Part shown: positions 24,044 to 32,329 of the stretch, piece after piece | How positions within the stretch are numbered: position 1 is the stretch's first letter | How the letters are laid out: each line of letters starts with the position of its first letter | Assembly (NCBI GenBank): GCA_965220745.1 | Contig: CBDCQT010000010.1 | Coordinates: 736,001 to 800,000 of the forward strand | DNA from: Alphaproteobacteria bacterium | GTDB lineage: Bacteria > Pseudomonadota > Alphaproteobacteria > UBA828 | Direction of reading: 5' to 3' | Length of the DNA stretch: 64,000 bases | The notes under the pieces: model-generated | The model's input: only the letters and a program-made list of their open reading frames with translations | The model's database searches: none | Told to the model about the DNA's origin: nothing | Translations under genes and position numbers: made by a program

Positions 24044-24210
24044 ACGCTCTCGTGCCGACAGTGCCGGAGGTCCGCCATCTGCTCGCCAAGCTCCTTCTCA
24101 GGCCGCCGATCTGTGCCGCGTTCGTCATGCAGTGGTCTCTCTGGCGACGAAGACACCAAGCCCGTGCCGCACGAGCCCATTACAAACATCGCCACAAAAC
24201 GCAACTGTAG
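24040..24210 (+). CDS. IS701 short C-terminal ORF (-1 frame, ATGA overlap)
   Basis: MNALVPTVPEVRHLLA...WSLWRRRHQARAARAHY resembles the usual IS701 transposase C-terminus. Confidence 0.6.
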   Translation: MNALVPTVPEVRHLLAKLLLRPPICAAFVMQWSLWRRRHQARAARAHYKHRHKTQL

Positions 24211-24215
24211 TATTA

Positions 24216-25056
24216 GGCCGCGTACTCATAAAGTAATTGTCGGCGAGCGCGAATCATGATTCAAGCTCCCAAATTGCGGGAGCCTGCCGATGAACCGCTA
24301 CGACCTGACCGACTTCGAGTGGGGCGTGATCGAACCGTTGCTGCCGAACAAGCCTCGCGGCGTCCCCCGCGTGGACGACCGGCGCGTGCTCAACGGCATT
24401 ATGTGGGTGCTCCGTTCCGGCGCTCCCTGGCGGGACCTGCCGGAGCGCTACGGGCCCTACACCACCTGTTACAACCGCTTCAATCGCTGGCGCAAGAACG
24501 GGGTGTGGGATCGCCTTATGGACGCCATCGTTGAGGCTTACGACGGCGACATACAGATGATCGACAGTTCCAGCGTCCGGGTTCACCAGCACGCAGCGGG
24601 CTCAAAAAGGGGGGTCCGGATCGTTGCATGGGTCGTTCCCGAGGCGGACTGACGACGAAGATTCACACCGTAGTCGACGCCAGCGGACTGCCGCTCCGCT
24701 TCGCCTTGAGCCCCGGTCAGGCCCACGACAGCACGCTTGCCGGAGCTTTGCTGGACGATCACCTGCCGCCCGACAGTTTCGTGCTCGCCGACAAGGCCTA
24801 CGACGCCGATTGGATCAGGGCGATGATCGAGGCGCAGGATGCGGTGCCGATCATCCCCGATCGCAGCAGCACCACCAGGACCCATGCCTTCAGCCGCGTG
24901 CTCTATCGCCTGCGCAACCGCGTCGAGCGTTTCTTCAACAAACTCAAACAGTTCCGGCGCATTGCAACGCGCTACGAAAAACTCGCGGCCAACTACCTCG
25001 CCATGATCAAAATCGCCGCAATACGCATCTGGTTGCGTGCTAATGAGTCCACGCCC
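24216..25056 (+). mobile_element. IS5 family (IS427-like) insertion sequence, ~841 bp
   Basis: Imperfect terminal repeats GGCCGCGTACTCAT / ATGAGTCCACGCCC, flanked by TA on both sides. Two-ORF transposase. Confidence 0.9.
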
Positions 25057-25059
25057 TAG
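24290..25059 (+). CDS. IS5 transposase, split orfA (24290-24652) / orfB (to 25059), probable -1 frameshift
   Basis: orfA: LRSGAPWRDLPERYGP..YNRFNRW, IDSS. orfB: GRSRGGLTTKIH, ADKAYD, RNRVERFF.KLKQFRRIATRYEK. Slippery AAAAAGGGGGG at 24604-24614. Confidence 0.9.
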
Positions 25060-26493
25060 TACTACAGTTGCATATTAGTCGATGATGTGATGTCCTCGCT
25101 GCGTGATGGACGGGAAGAGGGGGAATGATGAGTATCGCGGCCTGGTCCGGTTCCCTCGTGGAGTGGGAGGGTGAGCTGTCGTCGCTGAAGGCGCGTCTTG
25201 GCCCGGTCTTCGGCCGGCGCGAGCTTCGCGAGACGGGAAGCGCGTTTCTGGATGGCCTCCTGTCGGGGATTGCGCGCAAGACCGGATGGATGCTGTCGGA
25301 GCACGCGGGCTTTGAACGTCCCTGGCGGATCCAGGGCCTCCTGGGCCGAAACCGCTGGGATGCTGACGCGCTGCGCGACGAGGTGCGTGCCTATGTCGTG
25401 GAAGCGCTCGGTTGCGAGGACGGCGTCCTGGTGGTGGACGAGACAGGCTTTCTGAAGAAGGGGCGTCACTCGGTCGGGGTCGCACGCCAGTACACGGGGA
25501 CTGCAGGCCGCATCGAGAACAGCCAGGTCGGTGTCTTTCTCGCCTATGCCGGCCGTTTCGGCCAGGCCCTGATCGACCGGCGCCTGTACTTGCCGAAGGA
25601 TTGGGCCTCGGATGAGGCCCGGCGGGCGAAGACGGGCGTCCCGGCCGACCTGACCTTCGCCACCAAGCCCGCGCTGGCACGGGAGATGGTGGCGCGCGCC
25701 CTGGATGCGGGCGTTCCCTGTGCGTGGGTCCTGGCCGATGCGGTCTACGGGTCGGACTTCGGCCTGCGCTCCATGCTGGAGGAGCGAGGACAGGCCTACG
25801 TGCTGGCGATACGCAGCAACCATCATCTGCGCTTCATCGACGCCGCGGGCTTGATTGAAACGACCCCTGCTCAGATCGCCGACGGTCTTGACCACGACGC
25901 CTGGTCGGCCCATGCCGCCGGCGAGGGCAGCAAGGGTCTGCGGCTCTACCACTGGGCGCGGTTCGCTCTGCCCTGGGACTGCCCCTCGGGCTGGCAACGC
26001 TGGCTCCTGATCCGCCGCTCCCGGAAAGACCCGGAGAAGCGGGCCTACTATCTTGTCTTCTGTCCCGTCGCCACGAGCCTTGCCGAGCTGGCAGGCGCCG
26101 CCGGTCTGCGCTGGACCATCGAGGAATGCTTTCAGCGGGCCAAGGACGACCTCGGCCTCGATCACTGCGAGGCCCGCTCCTGGCACGGCTGGCACCGCCA
26201 CATGAGCCTCGTCATGGCCGCCGCCGCCTTCCTTGCCAAGGTGACTGCCGACATGCGCCGCATGGCATGCCGCAAACGGAACAAATCGAGTCCAGTCATG
26301 GCAACAGCCGTCTCGCCGCCATGAACGCTCTCGTGCCGACAGTGCCGGAGGTCCGCCATCTGCTCGCCAAGCTCCTTCTCAGGCCGCCGATCTGTGCCGC
26401 GTTCGTCATGCAGTGGTCTCTCTGGCGACGAAGACACCAAGCCCGTGCCGCACGAGCCCATTACAAACATCGCCACAAAACGCAACTGTAGTA
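25060..26493 (+). mobile_element. IS701 family insertion sequence, copy 2 (1434 bp)
   Basis: Same terminal repeats and identical ORF translations as copy 1, flanked by a CTAG duplication (25056-25059, 26494-26497). Confidence 0.93.
25125..26324 (+). CDS. IS701 family transposase
   Basis: Translation identical to 22844-24043. Confidence 0.95.
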   Translation: MMSIAAWSGSLVEWEGELSSLKARLGPVFGRRELRETGSAFLDGLLSGIARKTGWMLSEHAGFERPWRIQGLLGRNRWDADALRDEVRAYVVEALGCEDGVLVVDETGFLKKGRHSVGVARQYTGTAGRIENSQVGVFLAYAGRFGQALIDRRLYLPKDWASDEARRAKTGVPADLTFATKPALAREMVARALDAGVPCAWVLADAVYGSDFGLRSMLEERGQAYVLAIRSNHHLRFIDAAGLIETTPAQIADGLDHDAWSAHAAGEGSKGLRLYHWARFALPWDCPSGWQRWLLIRRSRKDPEKRAYYLVFCPVATSLAELAGAAGLRWTIEECFQRAKDDLGLDHCEARSWHGWHRHMSLVMAAAAFLAKVTADMRRMACRKRNKSSPVMATAVSPP

Positions 26494-26527
26494 CTAGCCT
26501 GGATTTCTAGCCACGGTCGCGGCCGGT
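26494..26527 (+). mobile_element. Degenerate MITE end (CTAGCCCGG family)
   Basis: CTAGCCTGGATTTCTAGCCACGGTCGCGG aligns ungapped to the MITE terminal repeat. Confidence 0.55.
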
Positions 26528-26535
26528 TACAGCGC

Positions 26536-27384
26536 TCATGAGCCTCGCTGCTCGTCGAAAAACCGGCAGAGCTCGCCGTTGGGCACCTGCCCTTCGGAAT
26601 AGGTGAAGGTGCCGCGGTCACGCATTTCCTCCGCCGCCCGACGTATGACGCCGAACGTGGCCCGAGCCAGCGAGCCGCCGATGCTCACCCGCTTCACGCC
26701 CAGGTCCTCGAGCTGGCTCACGCTCATCGGACTGCCGGCAAGGCCCATGACCACGTTGACCGGCCCGTCGACCTCCCTCACCAGCCGGCCGATGGTCTCG
26801 GGGTCCTTGACGCCGGGGACGTAGAGGCAGTCCGCACCCGCTTCCCGATACATGTTGACCCTCGTCACCGACTCCTCGAACGGGTTCGGATGCCCCATGA
26901 GGTAGCACTCGGCCCTCGCGGTCAGCGTGAACGGAAACGGCAGGGACGCGGCAGCGCTCGCCGCAGCCTCGATCCTCTCCACCGATAGCGCCCGATCGTA
27001 GAGATCGCCGGTGCCGTAAGCGGCGGCATAGTCCTCGATGCTGGCCGCCACCGCGCCGGTCTCGGCCGCCAGGCGGATGGTCTTGGCCACCTCTTCCGGC
27101 GAATGTCCGTAGCCGTTCTCCGCATCCATGCTGACGGGTATCCGGAGCGCGCCTGCAATCCGTTCGGTCTCCTCCAGCGCCGCTTGGCGGGTGAGCACGC
27201 CTTCGTAGTCGGGGAGACCGAGGCAGAATGCGATCCCCGCGCTGCTGGTGCCGACGGCGGGGAAGCCCGCAGCCTCCAGCATGTAGGCGCTGCCGGCGTT
27301 CCATGCGTTCGGCATCACGAATATGCCGTCGGCCAGATGCAGGTCCTTGAATGCCTGCCCCTTGGTTGTCTGCGCTTCGCTCAA
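26536..27384 (-). CDS. Isocitrate lyase/PEP mutase family protein
   Basis: MPNAWNAGSA, GTSSAGIA, SMDAENGYG, SIED, YREAGADCLYVPG. Confidence 0.9.
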   Translation of the reverse strand: MSEAQTTKGQAFKDLHLADGIFVMPNAWNAGSAYMLEAAGFPAVGTSSAGIAFCLGLPDYEGVLTRQAALEETERIAGALRIPVSMDAENGYGHSPEEVAKTIRLAAETGAVAASIEDYAAAYGTGDLYDRALSVERIEAAASAAASLPFPFTLTARAECYLMGHPNPFEESVTRVNMYREAGADCLYVPGVKDPETIGRLVREVDGPVNVVMGLAGSPMSVSQLEDLGVKRVSIGGSLARATFGVIRRAAEEMRDRGTFTYSEGQVPNGELCRFFDEQRGS

Positions 27385-27414
27385 CGGATCGTCTCCTGCG
27401 TTATCGGCGGCTGG

Positions 27415-28317
27415 TCAACCGGCGGACTCCACCGCATCCACGAAGGAGTCGACGAGGTTGTCCGAGGCGTTGACGACGTGCTCCGGTCCGGGGAAGCGGC
27501 CCTCGTGGACATCGGCGACGAATTCCCGGAAGCCGGCCAGCCGCTCGGCCTGCATCGCCTGCTTCATCTTGTAGAGGTGCCGGTACTGCTTCGAGTGCCG
27601 GGGGTAGGGAGGCGGGTTGTTGCCGAGGATGTCGTCGGCGAACAGGAACTGGATATCCCCGCCGCTGCCCGCTCCGATGGACGACGTAAGCAGCCGCGTG
27701 CGCTTGCTGATCTCGACCAGCAGCTGCGCGGGGATGACCTCGACCTCCACCGCGTAGGCGCCGGCGTCCTCGAGGGCCTTGATCTCGCGATAGACCCACA
27801 TCGCCTCGTCGAGGGTCTTTCCGACCGCGCGCAACCCCCCGGTCCATGTGCTCTTGCGGGGGACCAGCCCCGCGTGGCCCTGGATCGGGATGCCCGCGTC
27901 GGCCGCCGCCGCCACGAAGCGGGGGCTCCACTGGCACATGATCGCGTCCGCCCCGAGCGCCATCGCATCGTAGCCGATGCGGACCGCTTCGACCTCGCTC
28001 GCGGCGGCGACGAGCGGCACGGAAAAGGCCATGAACGTGTTGGGGGCTGCGCGCCGGATCGCCGCCGTGAGCTCGGGTTGGCGGGGATCGAAGCGCGCCT
28101 TCATGGTATCGATACCGGCCTCCTCGGCGGCCGCCGCTTCCTCCGGGGAGAACGGCAGGGTCTCCACCAGCACGCGCTTTCCCTTCTGATCTCGCAGGTC
28201 CTTCACGGTGTAGTTGCGGGTCCCGTACGCACCCCCGAGGGTCATGACCCGCTTCAGCCCGCGCGCCGCCGCATCTCTGGGCGGAATGCCTCCGTCCCCG
28301 GTCGCGTGGCTGGTCAT
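27415..28317 (-). CDS. Divergent ketopantoate hydroxymethyltransferase (PanB)-like protein
   Basis: GHAGLVP, GGLRAVGK, LEDAGAYAVEVE, SIGAG, DDILG. Start chosen at the ATG after AAGGAG. Lacks the canonical GDS motif. Confidence 0.75.
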   Translation of the reverse strand: MTSHATGDGGIPPRDAAARGLKRVMTLGGAYGTRNYTVKDLRDQKGKRVLVETLPFSPEEAAAAEEAGIDTMKARFDPRQPELTAAIRRAAPNTFMAFSVPLVAAASEVEAVRIGYDAMALGADAIMCQWSPRFVAAAADAGIPIQGHAGLVPRKSTWTGGLRAVGKTLDEAMWVYREIKALEDAGAYAVEVEVIPAQLLVEISKRTRLLTSSIGAGSGGDIQFLFADDILGNNPPPYPRHSKQYRHLYKMKQAMQAERLAGFREFVADVHEGRFPGPEHVVNASDNLVDSFVDAVESAG

Positions 28318-28528
28318 GGCTCTTCTCCTTGCTCGCGGTGCTCTGCGAGGCACGTTACCAGAGTTTGCCGAGCGCGTTCGTTCGCGTGGCCCGGTCACGC
28401 GCACGGCGGCCGCGTCCGGTTGGGAACCGGTTCGTGCCGCGCCCGGAAACGCGCTGCGGCGGCACCGGAACCCGGCGCCGCCGCGAGTCATGCGAGTTCG
28501 TCTTCAGGCGCCCGTGGGCGCGTCGGCC

Positions 28529-29332
28529 TCAGGCGGGGCTAGCCGCCGTCGCATCGGCCGGAGAGTGAGCCTTCACCTTCGGGGTCCGAGCGCTCTTGCG
28601 CATGTCGGTCTTGACGTACTTCGTCGAGTAGCCGTTGAAGAGGTGCCCAAGCAGGCCACGATCGAGATCCGACGTCCCGAACATCCAGTCGGCGATGGGG
28701 AACGTCAGGTTCATGTTCCGCTCCATCATGATCGACTGGTTGTGGTGCGCCGCGTGGTGGCGCCGGATCGTGTTCACGAACGGGCAGTAGCGCACGAACC
28801 GGTTCTCATCGATGTGGCAGCAGAAGTGCATGAACTCGTAGAGCAGATAGAGGCTGGTCGTGGTGGCGATGACGAGCCAGCCCACGTTCGCCGAGATGAC
28901 GAAGCCTGCGATCAGCGCCGGCGGCGTCGACATGAGGATGAACACGACAAGCGCGTAGGGCGGGAAGACGGTCACACGCCAATCATGCTGGCCGGCGAAG
29001 CGCATCTCCTTGTCGGTGAAGAACTGGTGGTGCATGAGCATGTGGCGCGTGTAGATGGCGCGGAAGCCCTTCCACTTGCGCGGACGGTGCATGACCTGGA
29101 CATGGAGCAGCCACTCGAAGATGTTGCTCGCCAGCAGCACTACGGGAATCGTGAGCCACTCCCACCACAGCATGGTCCCGACATGGGAGAGACAGACGTA
29201 GAGCGCGCAGGCGCCGATGAGGTAGATGATCGCGACGTGCAGATAGCCGTTGTACCAGGCTGCGATGCGCTCCCGGTAGACCTCACGGTAAATCCGCTGG
29301 CGCTCGTCCATCGGTGAGTTCGCGAGTTCCAT
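28529..29332 (-). CDS. Sterol desaturase/fatty acid hydroxylase family membrane di-iron protein
   Basis: His boxes EWLLHVQVMH, HMLMHH, YEFMHFCCH, HHAAHH, plus TM segments. Confidence 0.88.
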   Translation of the reverse strand: MELANSPMDERQRIYREVYRERIAAWYNGYLHVAIIYLIGACALYVCLSHVGTMLWWEWLTIPVVLLASNIFEWLLHVQVMHRPRKWKGFRAIYTRHMLMHHQFFTDKEMRFAGQHDWRVTVFPPYALVVFILMSTPPALIAGFVISANVGWLVIATTTSLYLLYEFMHFCCHIDENRFVRYCPFVNTIRRHHAAHHNQSIMMERNMNLTFPIADWMFGTSDLDRGLLGHLFNGYSTKYVKTDMRKSARTPKVKAHSPADATAASPA

Positions 29333-29388
29333 GGTCGTGCCCCCTGTGCCCCGTGTTTGAGCGCTGGCGCGCCAAGGCATTCCGAGAG

Positions 29389-29398
29389 TAATATATTA
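29389..29398. promoter_or_regulatory. Palindrome TAATATATTA, putative GntR/FadR operator
   Basis: Perfect AT-rich palindrome upstream of the desaturase gene, next to a GntR gene. Confidence 0.4.
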
Positions 29399-29489
29399 GT
29401 CGAATATCAACGGCAAAACAAGCATGCTGCTGCCCTGATTGAGGATATTGCGGCGTGCAGGCGCGAGGGCTTCGGCATCGCCATGTCGC

Positions 29490-30173
29490 CTACCAGTCCA
29501 CCGCCGCCCGGGTGATCGATTCGATGTATTCGAGTAGGGCATCGCTCGCCATTGCCGCCGCCGCCTCGTCTCCCGCCGCGATCGCGTTGGCGATGTCGGC
29601 ATGGAGTCGCGCGATCAACGAGAGATCGCCGTCCTGGCGGTGGTGCATGAACCAGAACCGCCGCGAAAGGCCGGCCATCAACGAGATCGCTTCGGACGCG
29701 AACTCATTGCGGGTCGCCTGGCTCACCAGCACGTTGAACTCGCGATCGAGGCGCATGAAGCGGATGTCGTCGCCCGCATCGGCGCTCTCGTATATCGCGC
29801 GGGCGATTGCCGCGAAACGGGCGCGCTCTTCGGTCGTTGCGCGAGACGCGGCAGAGCGAACCATCAGCCGCTCTAGCTCGCGGCGCACCTCCAGCATCCG
29901 GAGCTGCTTGCCGACGTTGAACTCCGAGACGAGGACACCGCGCCGGGGGAGCACCGTGACCAGCCCTTCCCGCGCCAGGCGCTGCAACGCCTCGCGCACC
30001 GGCGTGCGTCCGATGCCCAGCGTCTTCGAGAGCGCACCTTCGGAGAGCACCTCGCCGGGCTCGAGCCTGAGCGTGCAGATCATCTCCTCGAGCGCGACGT
30101 ATGCTTGGTCCGTGAGGCTGCGGTCGGGGTCCGTGCGCGGGCCCGCATCCGACTCTCTCTCACTCACGCTCAA
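29490..30173 (-). CDS. GntR family (FCD) transcriptional regulator
   Basis: SLTDQAY..LE..I..L.L.PG, LGIGRTPVREALQRL. Confidence 0.93.
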   Translation of the reverse strand: MSVSERESDAGPRTDPDRSLTDQAYVALEEMICTLRLEPGEVLSEGALSKTLGIGRTPVREALQRLAREGLVTVLPRRGVLVSEFNVGKQLRMLEVRRELERLMVRSAASRATTEERARFAAIARAIYESADAGDDIRFMRLDREFNVLVSQATRNEFASEAISLMAGLSRRFWFMHHRQDGDLSLIARLHADIANAIAAGDEAAAAMASDALLEYIESITRAAVDW

Positions 30174-30261
30174 GTGCGGCTCCGATACGCGAAAGCATGT
30201 TCGGAAATGGGATGCTTCGACGATTGCGGCGGCGCGTCCCGGCTGCCCGGATGCCGGTATG

Positions 30262-30295
30262 CTAGCCCGCCATTCTCACCACGGCCATGGCGTGT
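30262..30295 (+). mobile_element. Degenerate MITE end (CTAGCCCGG family)
   Basis: CTAGCCCGCCATTCTCACCACGGCCATGG aligns ungapped to the MITE terminal repeat. Confidence 0.6.
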
Positions 30296-30350
30296 GTGGC
30301 GCGGACGATTCTACGATGTGCGACGCTCAGCCCCGCTTCGGAGCAACGCC

Positions 30351-30656
30351 ATGAAGACCTATGCCGGGGATCGCACCATCGACGGGCTCGTCGTCACCGT
30401 TGACGGCGAGCTCCTGGACCAGAGGCTCGACATACGGCGCTTCAGCGAGACCGGCTTCGAGTGGACCTATGAAGGTCCGCAGTCGCGTCAGCTCGCGCTC
30501 GCGATCCTGGCCGATCACCTCGGTGCAGGCGAGGAGGCGCGCGCCCTCGACCTTGTCGAGCCGTTCATGCGCGGCGTCGTGGCGAACTTCGACAACACGT
30601 GGGAGATGACGAGCGCCGACGTGGCCGCGGCAATCGACGCGTTCGACTCCACCTGA
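30351..30656 (+). CDS. Small hypothetical protein (DUF6166-like)
   Basis: MKTYAGDRTIDG...GFEWTYEGPQSRQLALAILADHL; GGAG upstream. Family call from memory of the GFEW.Y.G....LALAIL motif. Confidence 0.7.
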   Translation: MKTYAGDRTIDGLVVTVDGELLDQRLDIRRFSETGFEWTYEGPQSRQLALAILADHLGAGEEARALDLVEPFMRGVVANFDNTWEMTSADVAAAIDAFDST

Positions 30657-30676
30657 GATTGCGAAGGAACCGGGCG

Positions 30677-30871
30677 ATGCCCAGCAACTACAAGATTCTC
30701 GTCTCCGTGCTCGCCCTCGCGCTCTGCGTGGCGGTGTTTTTCCTCGACGACAGCACCGGGATCGTGCGCTGGGTGACCCTCGCCCTGGGGCCGCTGATGG
30801 CCGGCGCGATCTGGGTTCTGCCCGAAGCCAAGTCGAAGGAAATCCGAAAGGAAGTCGCCAACCGGCGCTGA
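30677..30871 (+). CDS. Small two-TM membrane protein
   Basis: 64 aa after an AAGGA RBS; two hydrophobic stretches; ends 6 bp before sat. Confidence 0.65.
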   Translation: MPSNYKILVSVLALALCVAVFFLDDSTGIVRWVTLALGPLMAGAIWVLPEAKSKEIRKEVANRR

Positions 30872-30877
30872 CACCCC

Positions 30878-32137
30878 ATGTCGACGCTGATCCCTCCGCA
30901 CGGCGACGGCCCCCTGAAGCCCCTGCTGCTGGCCGGAGAGGAGCGGGACGAGGCGCTGAAGCGGGCGCGCACACTGAAGCGGCTGCCGCTTTCCACCCGC
31001 GAGGTCTCGGACCTCTTCATGCTCGCCATGGGCGCCTACACGCCGCTCGAAGGCTTCATGGGCGCGGCCGACTGGCGCGGCGCGTGCCTGGAGATGCGCC
31101 TGGAGAACGGGCTCTTCTGGCCGCTGCCCATCACGGTTTCCTGCGGCGAGGATTTCGCCGTGGCCGTCGGCGACGAGGTGGCACTGACCGACGAAGGCGG
31201 GGAGATCCTCGGTGTCCTCGCGGTCAGCGAGACATACGCCATCGACAAGGCCCTCGAATGCCGCGAGGTCTACCGCACCAACGACGAGGCCCATCCCGGC
31301 GTCGCCAAGGTCATGGCGCAGGGCGCGGTCAACCTCGCAGGTCCGGTCTCGGTTCTCTCCGAGGGCGACTTTCCCGAGACCTACCGAGGGCTCTACCTGC
31401 GCCCCGCCGAAACCCGGGCGCTCTTCGCCGAGAAGGGCTGGTCAACGGTCGCTGCCTTCCAGACCCGCAACCCCATGCACCGCAGTCACGAGTTTCTCGC
31501 CAAGGTCGCGCTTGAGGTGTGCGACGGGGTGCTGATTCACCAGGTCTTGGGCGCGCTCAAGCAGGGCGACATCCCGGCCGACGTCCGGGTCCGCGCCATT
31601 GACTGGCTGGTCGCCAACCACTTCGCGGAGGGGACGGTGATCCAGGCCGGCTATCCCATCGAGATGCGCTACGCCGGCCCGCGGGAGGCCCTGCTGCACG
31701 CCCTCTTCCGCCAGAACTTCGGGTGCTCGCACTTAGTTGTCGGGCGCGACCATGCCGGGCTCGGCGGCTACCACGGGCCCTACGACGCGCACCGCATCTT
31801 CGACGAGATCGGCGCGGACAGCCTCGCCATCCGGCCGCTCAAGATCGACGACACCTTCCATTGCTTCGACTGTCGGGGCATGGCGACGGGGAACGTCTGC
31901 TTCGCCGCCGATGGCGGGATTGAACCGCCAGGCGAGGCGGAGCGCCATCGCGCGGTGGCGGCAGTGGCGACCGGCGATGCCGAGGGTCGGCCCTGCCGCC
32001 ACAGCGACGACGGGAAGCTCCGCATCTCGGGCACTCGGCTGCGCGAGATGTTTGCTGGCGGCGAGGCGATCCCGCCCGAATACAGCCGCGATGGCGTGGT
32101 CGCCATCCTCCAGGCCTACTACGACGGCACCTCGTGA
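30878..32137 (+). CDS. sat: Sulfate adenylyltransferase (Sat/ATP sulfurylase)
   Basis: [48 protein letters not shown]. Confidence 0.96.
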   Translation: MSTLIPPHGDGPLKPLLLAGEERDEALKRARTLKRLPLSTREVSDLFMLAMGAYTPLEGFMGAADWRGACLEMRLENGLFWPLPITVSCGEDFAVAVGDEVALTDEGGEILGVLAVSETYAIDKALECREVYRTNDEAHPGVAKVMAQGAVNLAGPVSVLSEGDFPETYRGLYLRPAETRALFAEKGWSTVAAFQTRNPMHRSHEFLAKVALEVCDGVLIHQVLGALKQGDIPADVRVRAIDWLVANHFAEGTVIQAGYPIEMRYAGPREALLHALFRQNFGCSHLVVGRDHAGLGGYHGPYDAHRIFDEIGADSLAIRPLKIDDTFHCFDCRGMATGNVCFAADGGIEPPGEAERHRAVAAVATGDAEGRPCRHSDDGKLRISGTRLREMFAGGEAIPPEYSRDGVVAILQAYYDGTS

Positions 32138-32152
32138 CGCTCTATGATGACG

Positions 32153-32296
32153 GGAGCGAGGCCGTCGTTGACGGATTCGCAACAGGCCGCGACCGCGGCC
32201 CGCCGCGTTAGCGGCGCCCTCGCGGAGGCGCCGGCCGCAGGCCGGCTGCCGTGAGCGAAAAACTGCCGGAGCGGTTCCGTGTAAAACGGAAACGCT
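32153..32296 (-). repeat. 144-bp multi-hairpin intergenic repeat, copy B (inverted relative to copy A)
   Basis: Reverse complement matches 14127-14270 at 121/144 positions without gaps. Confidence 0.9.
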
Positions 32297-32329
32297 TCGG
32301 CGGGAGCAACAAGGGAACGGAGGAGCATC

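Larger units (their letters stand above)
22779..24212 (+). mobile_element. IS701 family insertion sequence, copy 1 (1434 bp)
   Basis: Terminal inverted repeats TACTACAGTTGC/GCAACTGTAGTA, flanked by a TTAG target duplication (22775-22778, 24213-24216). Confidence 0.93.

Noticed and set aside
22779-26493. IS701 pair as a tandem duplication, assembly artefact or cargo-carrying composite transposon
   Set aside because: Each copy has its own target duplication (TTAG versus CTAG), which favours independent insertions, and only an IS5 lies between them.
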